Positions 1 to 7,455 of a DNA stretch of 10,914 nucleotides are shown here, piece after piece (position 1 is the first letter of the stretch; each line of letters opens with the position of its first letter). A model generated the notes under the pieces. That model saw only the letters and a list, made by a program, of their open reading frames with translations. It had not been told where the DNA came from and ran no database searches. The position numbers were made by a program, and so were the translations under genes. Origin of the DNA: Candidatus Methylomirabilia bacterium (GTDB lineage: Bacteria; Methylomirabilota; Methylomirabilia; Rokubacteriales; CSP1-6); assembly GCA_041496385.1 (NCBI GenBank), contig JBGQEL010000136.1, forward strand, positions 1 to 10,914, given 5' to 3'.

Positions 1-321
1 CACGCCGAGCGCCTCGCCGAGCTGGGGGCCGAGCAGGTTCTGTCCGCCGTCGCCGCGGGTGAGCGAGAGATAGGCCGTCCGGTATCCGCGGCCGCGCGCA
101 AGATAGGTGATGGCCTGCGTGTTCTCGTCGTCCGGATGGGCGGCGACGTAGAGCACGCTGCCCATGATGGCGAAGCTGCGCAGCGATTGTAAGATAGCGA
201 CCCCCGTCGGTGGCTCGGCGGCGTGGCCGACGTCGGAGGAGCCCGCCAGGATGGCCACGCCGAGGGCGGCCCAGAACGGCACGTTCCAGAGGGTGTCGCG
301 CAGGAGCATGGAGGACGTCAT
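1..321 (-). CDS. PIG-L/LmbE-family de-N-acetylase, large LmbE-like type; N-terminal part only, runs off the window start
   Basis: Manual translation of the reverse strand from ATG 321 gives MTSSMLLRDTLWNVPFWAALGVAILAGSSDVGHAAEPPTGVAILQSLRSFAIMGSVLYVAAHPDDENTQAITYLARGRGYRTAYLSLTRGDGGQNLLGPQLGEALGV. It contains the hallmark AHPDDE zinc motif and LSLTRGDGGQN, after a hydrophobic signal-like segment. In-frame alternative ATGs lie at 309, 351 and 357. Confidence 0.92.
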   Translation of the reverse strand, partial: MTSSMLLRDTLWNVPFWAALGVAILAGSSDVGHAAEPPTGVAILQSLRSFAIMGSVLYVAAHPDDENTQAITYLARGRGYRTAYLSLTRGDGGQNLLGPQLGEALGV

Positions 322-332
322 CCGCGGCTCAC

Positions 333-341
333 ACGATAGCA
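333..341 (-). promoter_or_regulatory. Putative extended -10 promoter (TG-C-TATCGT) for the LmbE-like gene
   Basis: The minus strand reads TGCTATCGT 11 nt upstream of ATG 321, matching TGnTAnnnT, with no obvious SD. Confidence 0.45.
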
Positions 342-351
342 CTGACAGCAT

Positions 352-362
352 GGTCATTCGAC
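352..362. repeat. Left arm of an imperfect inverted repeat (partner at 1436-1446)
   Basis: GGTCATTCGAC versus the reverse complement of 1436-1446 (GGTCATTCAAC): 10/11 identity. Confidence 0.4.
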
Positions 363-450
363 AGCAACGGTTCAGGCGGCGGGCGAGCGGGCAGATCAAG
401 TTGCGCAGGATCGGCGGCTGGCGGAAGATGACCGATCGGATGATCGCGTG

Positions 451-1440
451 ATGGATCGGCGGCGATTCCTTGGAACTGTCGCAGCCCTCCTCGCGGCGCC
501 GCTCGGCGCCGAAGCCCAGCAGGCGGGGAAGGTCCCCCGGATCGGTTTCCTGTTCTTCGGCTCTCCCGGACCCTCGCGAGAACTCGACGCCTTCCGGCAA
601 GGGTTGCGTGAGCTCGGCTACACCGAGGGGCAGAACATCGTCATCGAGTACCGATTCGCAGGCGGGCGGCTCGAGCGACTGCCGGAGCTTGCAACCGAGC
701 TGGCCCGTCTCAAGCCGGATGCTCTCGTCACCCCCGGCACGCCGGCGTCGCTGGTCGCCAAGCAGGCGACCAGCACGATTCCCGTGGTCTTCGCGGGCGT
801 TGCCGATGCCGTCGGCGCCGGGCTCGTCGCCAACCTTGCGCGCCCGGGCGGGAACGTCACGGGGTTGACGAGCATCAGCGCCGAGTTGGGCGGGAAACGG
901 TTGGAGCTCCTCAAGGAGGTTGCCCCCAGGGCTTCCCGCGTGGCGGTCCTCTACAATCCGGACGACCGATCCAATGTGCTGGTATTGAAGGAGCTGCAGA
1001 AGTCGGCCCCGGCACTGGGTCTCACACTGCAACCGATCGAGGTGCGAGGACCCGGCGACTTCGAGGACGCCTTTGTCGCGATGACCCGGCAACGCGCCCG
1101 CGCGCTCTTCGGGGCCGCGGGTGTTCTGACCACCGAGCATCGAAAAGCCCTCGTGGACCTCGCCGCCAAGCGCCGGATACCGGCGATATGGGGGGAGCGC
1201 CAATTTGTTGAGGCTGGTGGCCTCATGTCCTATGCGGTGGACTTTTACGACCAGGTTCGAGGCGCTGCCGTCTACGTGGACAAGATCCTCAAAGGAGCCA
1301 AGCCAGGCGACCTGCCCGTGGAGCAACCGACGAAGTACGAGCTGGTGATCAACCTCAACACGGCTCGGACGCTGGGCCTCACCATCCCGAAGTCACTGCT
1401 GCTGCATGCGGATCAGATCATTGGCGGATCGGCTCGTTGA
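451..1440 (+). CDS. Orphan ABC transporter substrate-binding protein, COG2984/ABC_sub_bind family
   Basis: 329 aa from ATG 451 (alternative GTG 448). N-terminal DRRRFL twin-arginine-like signal, and family-typical segments LRELGYTEGQNIVIEYRFA, ANLARPGGNVTG, GGLMSY and YVDKILKGAKPGDLPVEQPTKYELVINL. Confidence 0.93.
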   Translation: MDRRRFLGTVAALLAAPLGAEAQQAGKVPRIGFLFFGSPGPSRELDAFRQGLRELGYTEGQNIVIEYRFAGGRLERLPELATELARLKPDALVTPGTPASLVAKQATSTIPVVFAGVADAVGAGLVANLARPGGNVTGLTSISAELGGKRLELLKEVAPRASRVAVLYNPDDRSNVLVLKELQKSAPALGLTLQPIEVRGPGDFEDAFVAMTRQRARALFGAAGVLTTEHRKALVDLAAKRRIPAIWGERQFVEAGGLMSYAVDFYDQVRGAAVYVDKILKGAKPGDLPVEQPTKYELVINLNTARTLGLTIPKSLLLHADQIIGGSAR

Positions 1441-1446
1441 ATGACC
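1436..1446. repeat. Right arm of the imperfect inverted repeat (partner at 352-362); overlaps the SBP stop codon
   Basis: GTTGAATGACC, whose reverse complement is GGTCATTCAAC. Confidence 0.4.
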
Positions 1447-1474
1447 CGGAAGCCGCGCCGCTACTTCCGCTTTT
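1447..1474 (+). terminator. Weak candidate intrinsic terminator after the orphan SBP
   Basis: CGGAAG (1447-1452) and CTTCCG (1464-1469) form a 6-bp stem with an 11-nt loop, followed by CTTTT. The stem is short, so confidence is low. Confidence 0.25.
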
Positions 1475-1487
1475 CCATGGGCCGCCG

Positions 1488-1913
1488 ATGATCGAGCACG
1501 CGACGACGGTGCAGGTGCGCTGGAGCGACGTGGATCCCGCGGGCATCGTGTTCTACCCGCGCTTCTTCGAGTGGTACGACCTGGGCTGCGAGGCGCTCTT
1601 CGCCTCGCTGGGGCTGGCGTGGCCCGAGGCGTTTCCGCGCTACGGGATCGTGGGCGTGCCCATCGTCGAGTCCGGCTCGAAGTTCCTGAGCCCCGCGCGC
1701 TACGGCGACGTCCTCACGATCCGCTCGCGCGTGGCCGTGGTCACGGCGAAGACGTTCCGCATGGAGCACGAGATCTCGGCCGGCGCCCGGCTCTGCTCGC
1801 GCGGCTTCGAGATCCGCGCGTGGGTGGCGCAGCCGAAGGCGCCCGGCGACCCTCTGCACGCGGTGCCCATTCCCGTGGAGGTGGCCATGCGGCTGCGGGG
1901 GACGGCGTCGTGA
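1488..1913 (+). CDS. Acyl-CoA thioesterase, 4-hydroxybenzoyl-CoA thioesterase (4HBT-I/YbgC-like) hotdog family
   Basis: 141 aa from ATG 1488. The motif VRWSDVDPAGIVFYPRFFEW matches the 4HBT DxDxxGxVxxxxY/F signature with the catalytic Asp, followed by GVPIVES and FLSPARYGD. The track's TTG start at 1437 is less likely. Confidence 0.9.
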   Translation: MIEHATTVQVRWSDVDPAGIVFYPRFFEWYDLGCEALFASLGLAWPEAFPRYGIVGVPIVESGSKFLSPARYGDVLTIRSRVAVVTAKTFRMEHEISAGARLCSRGFEIRAWVAQPKAPGDPLHAVPIPVEVAMRLRGTAS

Positions 1914-1930
1914 GCACGGCGGGAGGCCGC

Positions 1931-2767
1931 ATGGGCGGGCTCAGGGGCGTCTACCTCTCCGTCCACACGCCCCGCTACTGCACCCACGAGGCCGCGCTCG
2001 AGCGCAAAGTCGCGCATCCCGATTTTCTCGCGGTGCGCGACGGCCTCGTCGAGCAGGGGAAGGACGTCGCGGCGGCGGCGCCCGACGTGATCGTGATCAA
2101 CTCCTGCCACCTCGTCACGACCTTTCCGACGGTCGTGGACGGCACGCCGCGCCACCGCGGCGTCCTCACGGCGCAGGAGGCACCCGAGCTGATCCACGGC
2201 GTGGCGTACGACTTTCCGGGCGACCACGAGCTCGCCGCGGCGCTCGTCGCGCGTGCGACGGCGGCGGGCCTGCCCTCCGTCCTCGCGAACGACGTCCACT
2301 ACCCCCTCGACTACGGCACCGTGGCGCCGCTCGTGTGCTATCTCGATCGGGCGCAGCGGATCCCCGTCGTGCCGGTGTCCGTCTGCCTCTCCGCCGACCT
2401 CGAGGAGAGCTTCGCGTGGGGCGGGATCATCGCCGAGACGGTGGCGGCGACCGGGCGCCGGGCGGCGTTCGTCGCGAGCGGCAGCGTGTCCCACAAGCTC
2501 GTGCGCGGGCCGGAGGCGTGGCCGGGCCCGGCCGAGCAGGAGCTCGACCACCGGCTCGCGCGGATGCTGGCCGACGGAGCCTACGAGGATCTCTGGGCAT
2601 GGCTGCCGGCGTACGCCGAGGCCGCCAAGCCCGAGATGGGCGGCCGCCACCTGGCGATGCTGCTGGGGGCCCTCGTGCGATCGGGTCGGAAGTTCGCGGC
2701 GACGACTCACGCCTACGGCCCCTCGTCGGGGAGCGGCAACTACGTCATCTCGCTCGCGGCGCGCTGA
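1931..2767 (+). CDS. LigB-family (class III) extradiol ring-cleavage dioxygenase, similar to homoprotocatechuate 2,3-dioxygenase (HpaD/HpcB type)
   Basis: 278 aa from ATG 1931 with a GGAGG SD at 1922-1926 (alternative GTG 1910 overlaps the upstream stop). Motifs: VH12TP, PDVIVINSCH60, YDFPGDHELA, LDYGT, ASGSVSH, KPE and a C-terminal GPSSGSGN. All expected Fe(II) ligand positions and the acid-base His appear present. Confidence 0.88.
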   Translation: MGGLRGVYLSVHTPRYCTHEAALERKVAHPDFLAVRDGLVEQGKDVAAAAPDVIVINSCHLVTTFPTVVDGTPRHRGVLTAQEAPELIHGVAYDFPGDHELAAALVARATAAGLPSVLANDVHYPLDYGTVAPLVCYLDRAQRIPVVPVSVCLSADLEESFAWGGIIAETVAATGRRAAFVASGSVSHKLVRGPEAWPGPAEQELDHRLARMLADGAYEDLWAWLPAYAEAAKPEMGGRHLAMLLGALVRSGRKFAATTHAYGPSSGSGNYVISLAAR

Positions 2768-2786
2768 GGAGAGCCGCCGGTCCCTC

Positions 2787-2816
2787 TGAGCGCGCGGCGC
2801 GTGAGCGCGTGGCGCG
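2787..2816. repeat. Tandem direct repeat, 2 x 15 bp
   Basis: TGAGCGCGCGGCGCG (2787-2801) followed directly by TGAGCGCGTGGCGCG (2802-2816): 14/15 identity, intergenic. Confidence 0.6.
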
Positions 2817-2824
2817 CCCCGATC

Positions 2825-2853
2825 TGGACTCGCCCCGAGGGGTCTGCTACGCT
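2825..2853 (+). promoter_or_regulatory. Putative sigma70-type promoter for the ABC importer operon
   Basis: TGGACT (2825-2830), a 17-bp spacer, then TACGCT (2848-2853) with an extended TG at 2845-2846. A strong AAGGAGG SD lies at 2879-2885. Confidence 0.55.
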
Positions 2854-2890
2854 GACCCGTCGAGATCGTCCACTCCAGAAGGAGGCCACC

Positions 2891-4069
2891 GTGCGCACGA
2901 CGAAACGCGCGTTCCTCGCCGCCGCCCTGCTGACCGTCGTCGCGGCGGGCCCGGCGGCGCCGGCCGAGACCGTGAAGATCGGCTTCATCACGTCGCTCTC
3001 GGGCCCCGCCGGCGTGATCGGCAAGCACATGAAGGACTCCGTGGAGCTGGCGCTCGATCATCTCGGGCGCAAGGTCGGCGGTCTCGACGTGGAGATGATC
3101 TACGGCGACGATCAGCGCAAGCCCGACGTCGGCAAGCAGCTCGCCGACGAGATGCTCAAGAAGCACAAGGTCCACTTCGTCTCCGGCATCATCTGGTCGA
3201 ACGTCATGCTCGCGGTCGCCCCGGTGGTGACGCGCGAGAAGGTCTTCATGATCGGCACCAACGCGGGTCCGCACGAGCTCGCCGGCGACCAGTGCTCGGA
3301 GTACTTCTTCACGACCTCCTGGCAGAACGACCAGACACCCGAGGCGATGGGCAAGTACATGTCCGACCAGGGGCTGACCGACGTCTACGCGATGGCGCCG
3401 AACTACGCAGCCGGCAAGGACATGGTCCAGGGCTTCCGGCGCTACTTCAAGGGCAAGGTCGTCGCCGAGGTCTACACCAAGCTCGGGCAGCAGGACTACT
3501 CCGCGGAGATCACGCAGCTGCGCGCCGCGAGCCCGAAGGCCGTCTTCGTGTTCTACCCGGGGGACATGGGCATCCAGTTCCTCAAGCAGTACGCGCAGGC
3601 CGGGCTCCGGGATCAGATCCCGCTCTACTCGGTCTACACGGTCGACGAGGTGTCGCTCCCGGCGGTGCAGGAGGCGGCGCTCGGCAACTTCGAGACCCGC
3701 TACTGGAGCCCGGACCTCGCCAACGAGGCCAACCGGAAGTACGTCTCGGACTTCAAGAAGAAGTTCGGCTACACCCCGTCGTTCTACGGCGCGCAGAGCT
3801 ACGACGGCATCCTGCTGATCGACGCGGCGATTCGCGCGGTCAAGGGCGACCTGTCGAACAAGGACGGGATGATCGCCGCGATGCGGAAGGCCGACTACAG
3901 GTCGACCCGCGGCCCGTACAAGTACAACGTGAACCACTTCCCGATCGAGAACTTCTACCTCCTGAAGACGGTGAAGACGGCGGACGGCGAGTACGCGATG
4001 CAGATCCAGAAGACGGTCTTCGAGAACCACAAGGACGCCTACTACCAGAAGTGCACGATGAAGTGGTAG
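2891..4069 (+). CDS. HAAT/LivK-type ABC transporter substrate-binding protein, aromatic-acid-binding subgroup (PBP1 Nba-like)
   Basis: 392 aa from GTG 2891 after AAGGAGG, with a Sec signal ending in ...APA-E. Segments VKIGFITSLSGPAG, WSNVMLA, NAGPHELAGDQCSEYFFTTSWQNDQ, APNYAAGKD and NHFPIENFY match my recollection of the Nba-like subgroup. Confidence 0.9.
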   Translation: MRTTKRAFLAAALLTVVAAGPAAPAETVKIGFITSLSGPAGVIGKHMKDSVELALDHLGRKVGGLDVEMIYGDDQRKPDVGKQLADEMLKKHKVHFVSGIIWSNVMLAVAPVVTREKVFMIGTNAGPHELAGDQCSEYFFTTSWQNDQTPEAMGKYMSDQGLTDVYAMAPNYAAGKDMVQGFRRYFKGKVVAEVYTKLGQQDYSAEITQLRAASPKAVFVFYPGDMGIQFLKQYAQAGLRDQIPLYSVYTVDEVSLPAVQEAALGNFETRYWSPDLANEANRKYVSDFKKKFGYTPSFYGAQSYDGILLIDAAIRAVKGDLSNKDGMIAAMRKADYRSTRGPYKYNVNHFPIENFYLLKTVKTADGEYAMQIQKTVFENHKDAYYQKCTMKW

Positions 4070-4090
4070 GCCGGGCCGCATGCTGACCTC

Positions 4091-4121
4091 GGGGGGCGCG
4101 ATCCGATCGCGCCCCCTTTTT
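4091..4121 (+). terminator. Intra-operon stem-loop with U-tract (intrinsic terminator or mRNA-stabilising hairpin)
   Basis: Perfect 11-bp stem GGGGGCGCGAT (4092-4102) / ATCGCGCCCCC (4106-4116) with a CCG loop, followed by TTTTT (4117-4121). Confidence 0.8.
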
Positions 4122-4129
4122 CGTTGCCC

Positions 4130-5050
4130 ATGACGCCGCTGCTCGTGCTCGAGCAGGGCCTCAACGGCCTCCAGTTCGGCGTGATGCTGTTCCTGATGGC
4201 CGCGGGCCTCACGCTCGTCTTCGGCATCATGAACCTCGTCAACCTCGCGCACGGCGCGCTCTATATGCTCGGCGCCTACCTCGGCGCCACCTTCTTGAAG
4301 TGGACCGGGGCCTTTCTGATCGCCGTCCCGGCGGCGCTCCTCGCCACGCTCGTCATCGGCGTCCTCGTCGAGCTGATCGCGCTGCGCACGCTCTACGAAC
4401 GCGACCACCTCGACCAGGTGCTGGCGACCTTCGGACTGATCCTCTTCTTCAACGAGCTGGTCGCGATCGTGTGGGGACGGGCGGCCCTCTACACGACAAC
4501 GCCCCCGGCGTTCGCCGGGTACGTCGAGCTGCTCCCGGGGCTCCGGTACCCGGCGTACCGCGCGGCCGTGATCCTCGTGGGTCTGGCGGTCGCGCTGCTG
4601 CTCTACGTCGTCGTCACGCGGACGCGTCTCGGCATGCTGATCCGCGCCGGGGCGTCGAACCGCACGATGGTCGCGGCGCTCGGCGTGAACATCCGGCTGC
4701 TCTACACGGGCGTGTTCGGATTCGGCGCCGCGCTGGCGGGGCTGGCCGGCCTCATGGCCGGGCCGATCTACGCGGTCCAGCCCGGGATGGGCGAGCAGAT
4801 CCTGATCCAGGTGTTCGTGGTCATCGTCATCGGCGGCATCGGCTCGATCCGCGGCGCGCTGGTGGGCGCCGTCCTCGTCGGCATGGTCGACACGCTGGGC
4901 CGCGCCTTCCTGCGGCCGCTGCTGTCGACCGTCGTCTCGGCCACCGCCGCCGACGCCGCGGGCCCGGCCCTGGCGTCGATCCTCGTCTACGTGCTGATGG
5001 CGGCCGTGCTCTTCTTCAGGCCGAAGGGGCTCTTCCCGGCGAGCGGGTAG
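4130..5050 (+). CDS. livH: HAAT ABC transporter permease, LivH-like
   Basis: 306 aa, hydrophobic. Motifs LNGLQFGVMLFLMAAGLTLVFGIMNLVNLAHG, RTRLGMLIRA and FVVIVIGGIGSIRGA. Confidence 0.9.
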   Translation: MTPLLVLEQGLNGLQFGVMLFLMAAGLTLVFGIMNLVNLAHGALYMLGAYLGATFLKWTGAFLIAVPAALLATLVIGVLVELIALRTLYERDHLDQVLATFGLILFFNELVAIVWGRAALYTTTPPAFAGYVELLPGLRYPAYRAAVILVGLAVALLLYVVVTRTRLGMLIRAGASNRTMVAALGVNIRLLYTGVFGFGAALAGLAGLMAGPIYAVQPGMGEQILIQVFVVIVIGGIGSIRGALVGAVLVGMVDTLGRAFLRPLLSTVVSATAADAAGPALASILVYVLMAAVLFFRPKGLFPASG

Positions 5051-5052
5051 GC

Positions 5053-5994
5053 ATGGCGCGCGGGTCGCAGACCGCCGTGCTGGTGATGGGCTTGGTGGGC
5101 CTGGCGCTCGTGCCGCCCGTCGCGGCGATGCTCGGCCAGCCGTTCTACGTGGACCTGTTCCGGCGGGTGATGATCTTCGCCCTCGCCGCGCTCAGCCTCG
5201 ATCTGATTTTGGGATATGGCGGCATGGTGAGCTTCGGTCACGCGGCGTACCTCGGCATCGGCGCGTACGCCGTCGGGATCCTCGCCTTTCATGGCGTCGA
5301 CAACGGGTTCATCCAGTGGTCGGCCGCCGTCGTCGCCTCGGCGCTGGCGGCGCTGGTGATCGGGGCGATCTCGATCCGGACCAGCGGCGTCTACTTCATC
5401 ATGATCACGCTCGCCTTCGCGCAGATGCTCTACTACCTCGGGATCAGCCTCGAGACCTACGGCGGCGACAACGGGCTGGCGCTCAAGACGCGCAGCCGCT
5501 TCGCCGGGCTGATCGATCTGCGTGACCCGTACGCCTTCTACTACCTCGTCCTCGCGCTGCTCGTCGTCTTTCTCGTCCTCGGGCGCCGCCTCGTCGCCGC
5601 GCGCTTCGGCATGGTCATCCGGGCGGCGCGGTCGAACGAGGCGCGCGCCCGCGCGATCGGGTTTCCCCTGTTCCGCTACAAGCTCACGGCCTTCGTGCTC
5701 GCCGGGAGCGTCTGCGGCCTCGCGGGTGCCCTGCTCGCGAACCAGACGGAGTACCTCACGCCCGACTTCATGCACTGGACGCGCTCGGGCGAGATCATGT
5801 TCATGGTGATCCTCGGCGGCATGGGCACCCTGTTCGGGCCCGTCGTGGGCGCGATCGCGCTCCTGCTGCTCGAGCAGGGGCTGTCCTCCCTCACCGAGCA
5901 CTGGCAGATCCTCCTGGGGCCGATCCTCGTCCTCGTCGTGCTCTTCGCACGGCGCGGTCTGTTCGGCCTGCTCGCGGGCGCGCGCGATGGCTGA
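5053..5994 (+). CDS. livM: HAAT ABC transporter permease, LivM-like
   Basis: 313 aa from ATG 5053, the C-terminal part of the track ORF 4300..5994. Motifs LDLILGYGGMVSFGHAAYLGIGAY, GVYFIMITLAFAQM and MVILGGMGTLFGPVVGA. Confidence 0.9.
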   Translation: MARGSQTAVLVMGLVGLALVPPVAAMLGQPFYVDLFRRVMIFALAALSLDLILGYGGMVSFGHAAYLGIGAYAVGILAFHGVDNGFIQWSAAVVASALAALVIGAISIRTSGVYFIMITLAFAQMLYYLGISLETYGGDNGLALKTRSRFAGLIDLRDPYAFYYLVLALLVVFLVLGRRLVAARFGMVIRAARSNEARARAIGFPLFRYKLTAFVLAGSVCGLAGALLANQTEYLTPDFMHWTRSGEIMFMVILGGMGTLFGPVVGAIALLLLEQGLSSLTEHWQILLGPILVLVVLFARRGLFGLLAGARDG

Positions 5995-6741
5995 GCCGCT
6001 GCTCGCGATCCGCGGGCTCGTGAAGCGCTTCGGCGGCCTGCGCGCCACGGACGGCGCGGACCTCGACGTGACGGAGGCCGAGACGCACGCCGTGATCGGC
6101 CCCAACGGGGCGGGCAAGACGACGCTGATCAGCCAGCTCGCGGGCGACCTCGGGCCGGACGCGGGCACGATCCGCTTCGCCGGGAAGGACATCACCGCGC
6201 TCGACGCCCCCGCGCGGTCGCGGCGCGGGCTGGCGCGCTCGTTCCAGATCACGAGCATCTTCCGCGACTTCTCGGCGCTCGACAACGTCGCGCTCGCCGT
6301 GCAGGCGCACGACGGGCACAGCTTCGGCTTCTGGCGGCCGGCCCGCGCCGAGCGCGCGCTCCGCGAGCCGGCGCGCGCGGTGCTCGAATCCGTCGGGCTG
6401 GGCGCGCGCGCCGACGTCCTGGCGGGCAGCCTCGCGCACGGCGAGCAGCGCCAGCTCGAGATCGCCATGGCGCTGGCGACCCGGCCGCGGCTCCTCCTGC
6501 TCGACGAGCCGGTCGCAGGCATGGGCCCCGAGGAGTCGCAGCGCATGGTGCGCTTCCTCGGCACCCTCAAGCGGCGCCTCACGATCGTCCTCGTGGAGCA
6601 CGACATGGACGCGGTGTTCACGCTCGCCGACCGTGTCTCGGTCATGGTCTACGGCCGGATCATCGCGACGGGGACACCCGAGGAGATCCGCGTCAACACC
6701 GAGGTGCGGCGCGCGTACCTCGGCGACGAGGCGCCCGCCTG

Positions 6742-6742
<1 letters not shown>
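5987..6742 (+). CDS. livG: HAAT ABC transporter ATP-binding subunit, LivG-like
   Basis: Walker A GPNGAGKTT, RSFQ Q-loop, LAHGEQRQLE signature, LLLLDEP Walker B, VEHDM H-loop and C-terminal VRRAYLG. Overlaps the upstream permease gene. Confidence 0.92.
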
Positions 6743-7443
<701 letters not shown>

Positions 7444-7455
7444 GAGACTTCCCCT

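Noticed and set aside
164..451. Short plus-strand ORFs 164..451 and 210..431
   Set aside because: They overlap the motif-supported minus-strand LmbE-like gene and show no recognisable features.
344..463. Short direct repeats GACAGCA (344-350, 360-366) and GGATCGGCGGC (408-418, 453-463)
   Set aside because: Too short and only two copies each. There is no CRISPR-like periodicity and they are compatible with chance.
1571..1930. N-terminal extensions of the dioxygenase (1571) and LivM (4300) ORFs suggesting fusions or frameshifts
   Set aside because: They overlap intact upstream genes in another frame. Family-consistent starts are at 1931 and 5053.
1931..2767. Assigning the symbol hpaD (likewise puuD and ggt for the later genes)
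   Set aside because: Family membership is clear, but substrate-level orthology is not supported by gene context or pocket motifs.
1700..4408. 902-aa minus-strand ORF (also 4987..6645 and 6649..8397)
   Set aside because: These are antisense shadows of well-supported plus-strand genes. High-GC codon bias suppresses stops on the opposite strand, and there are no recognisable motifs.
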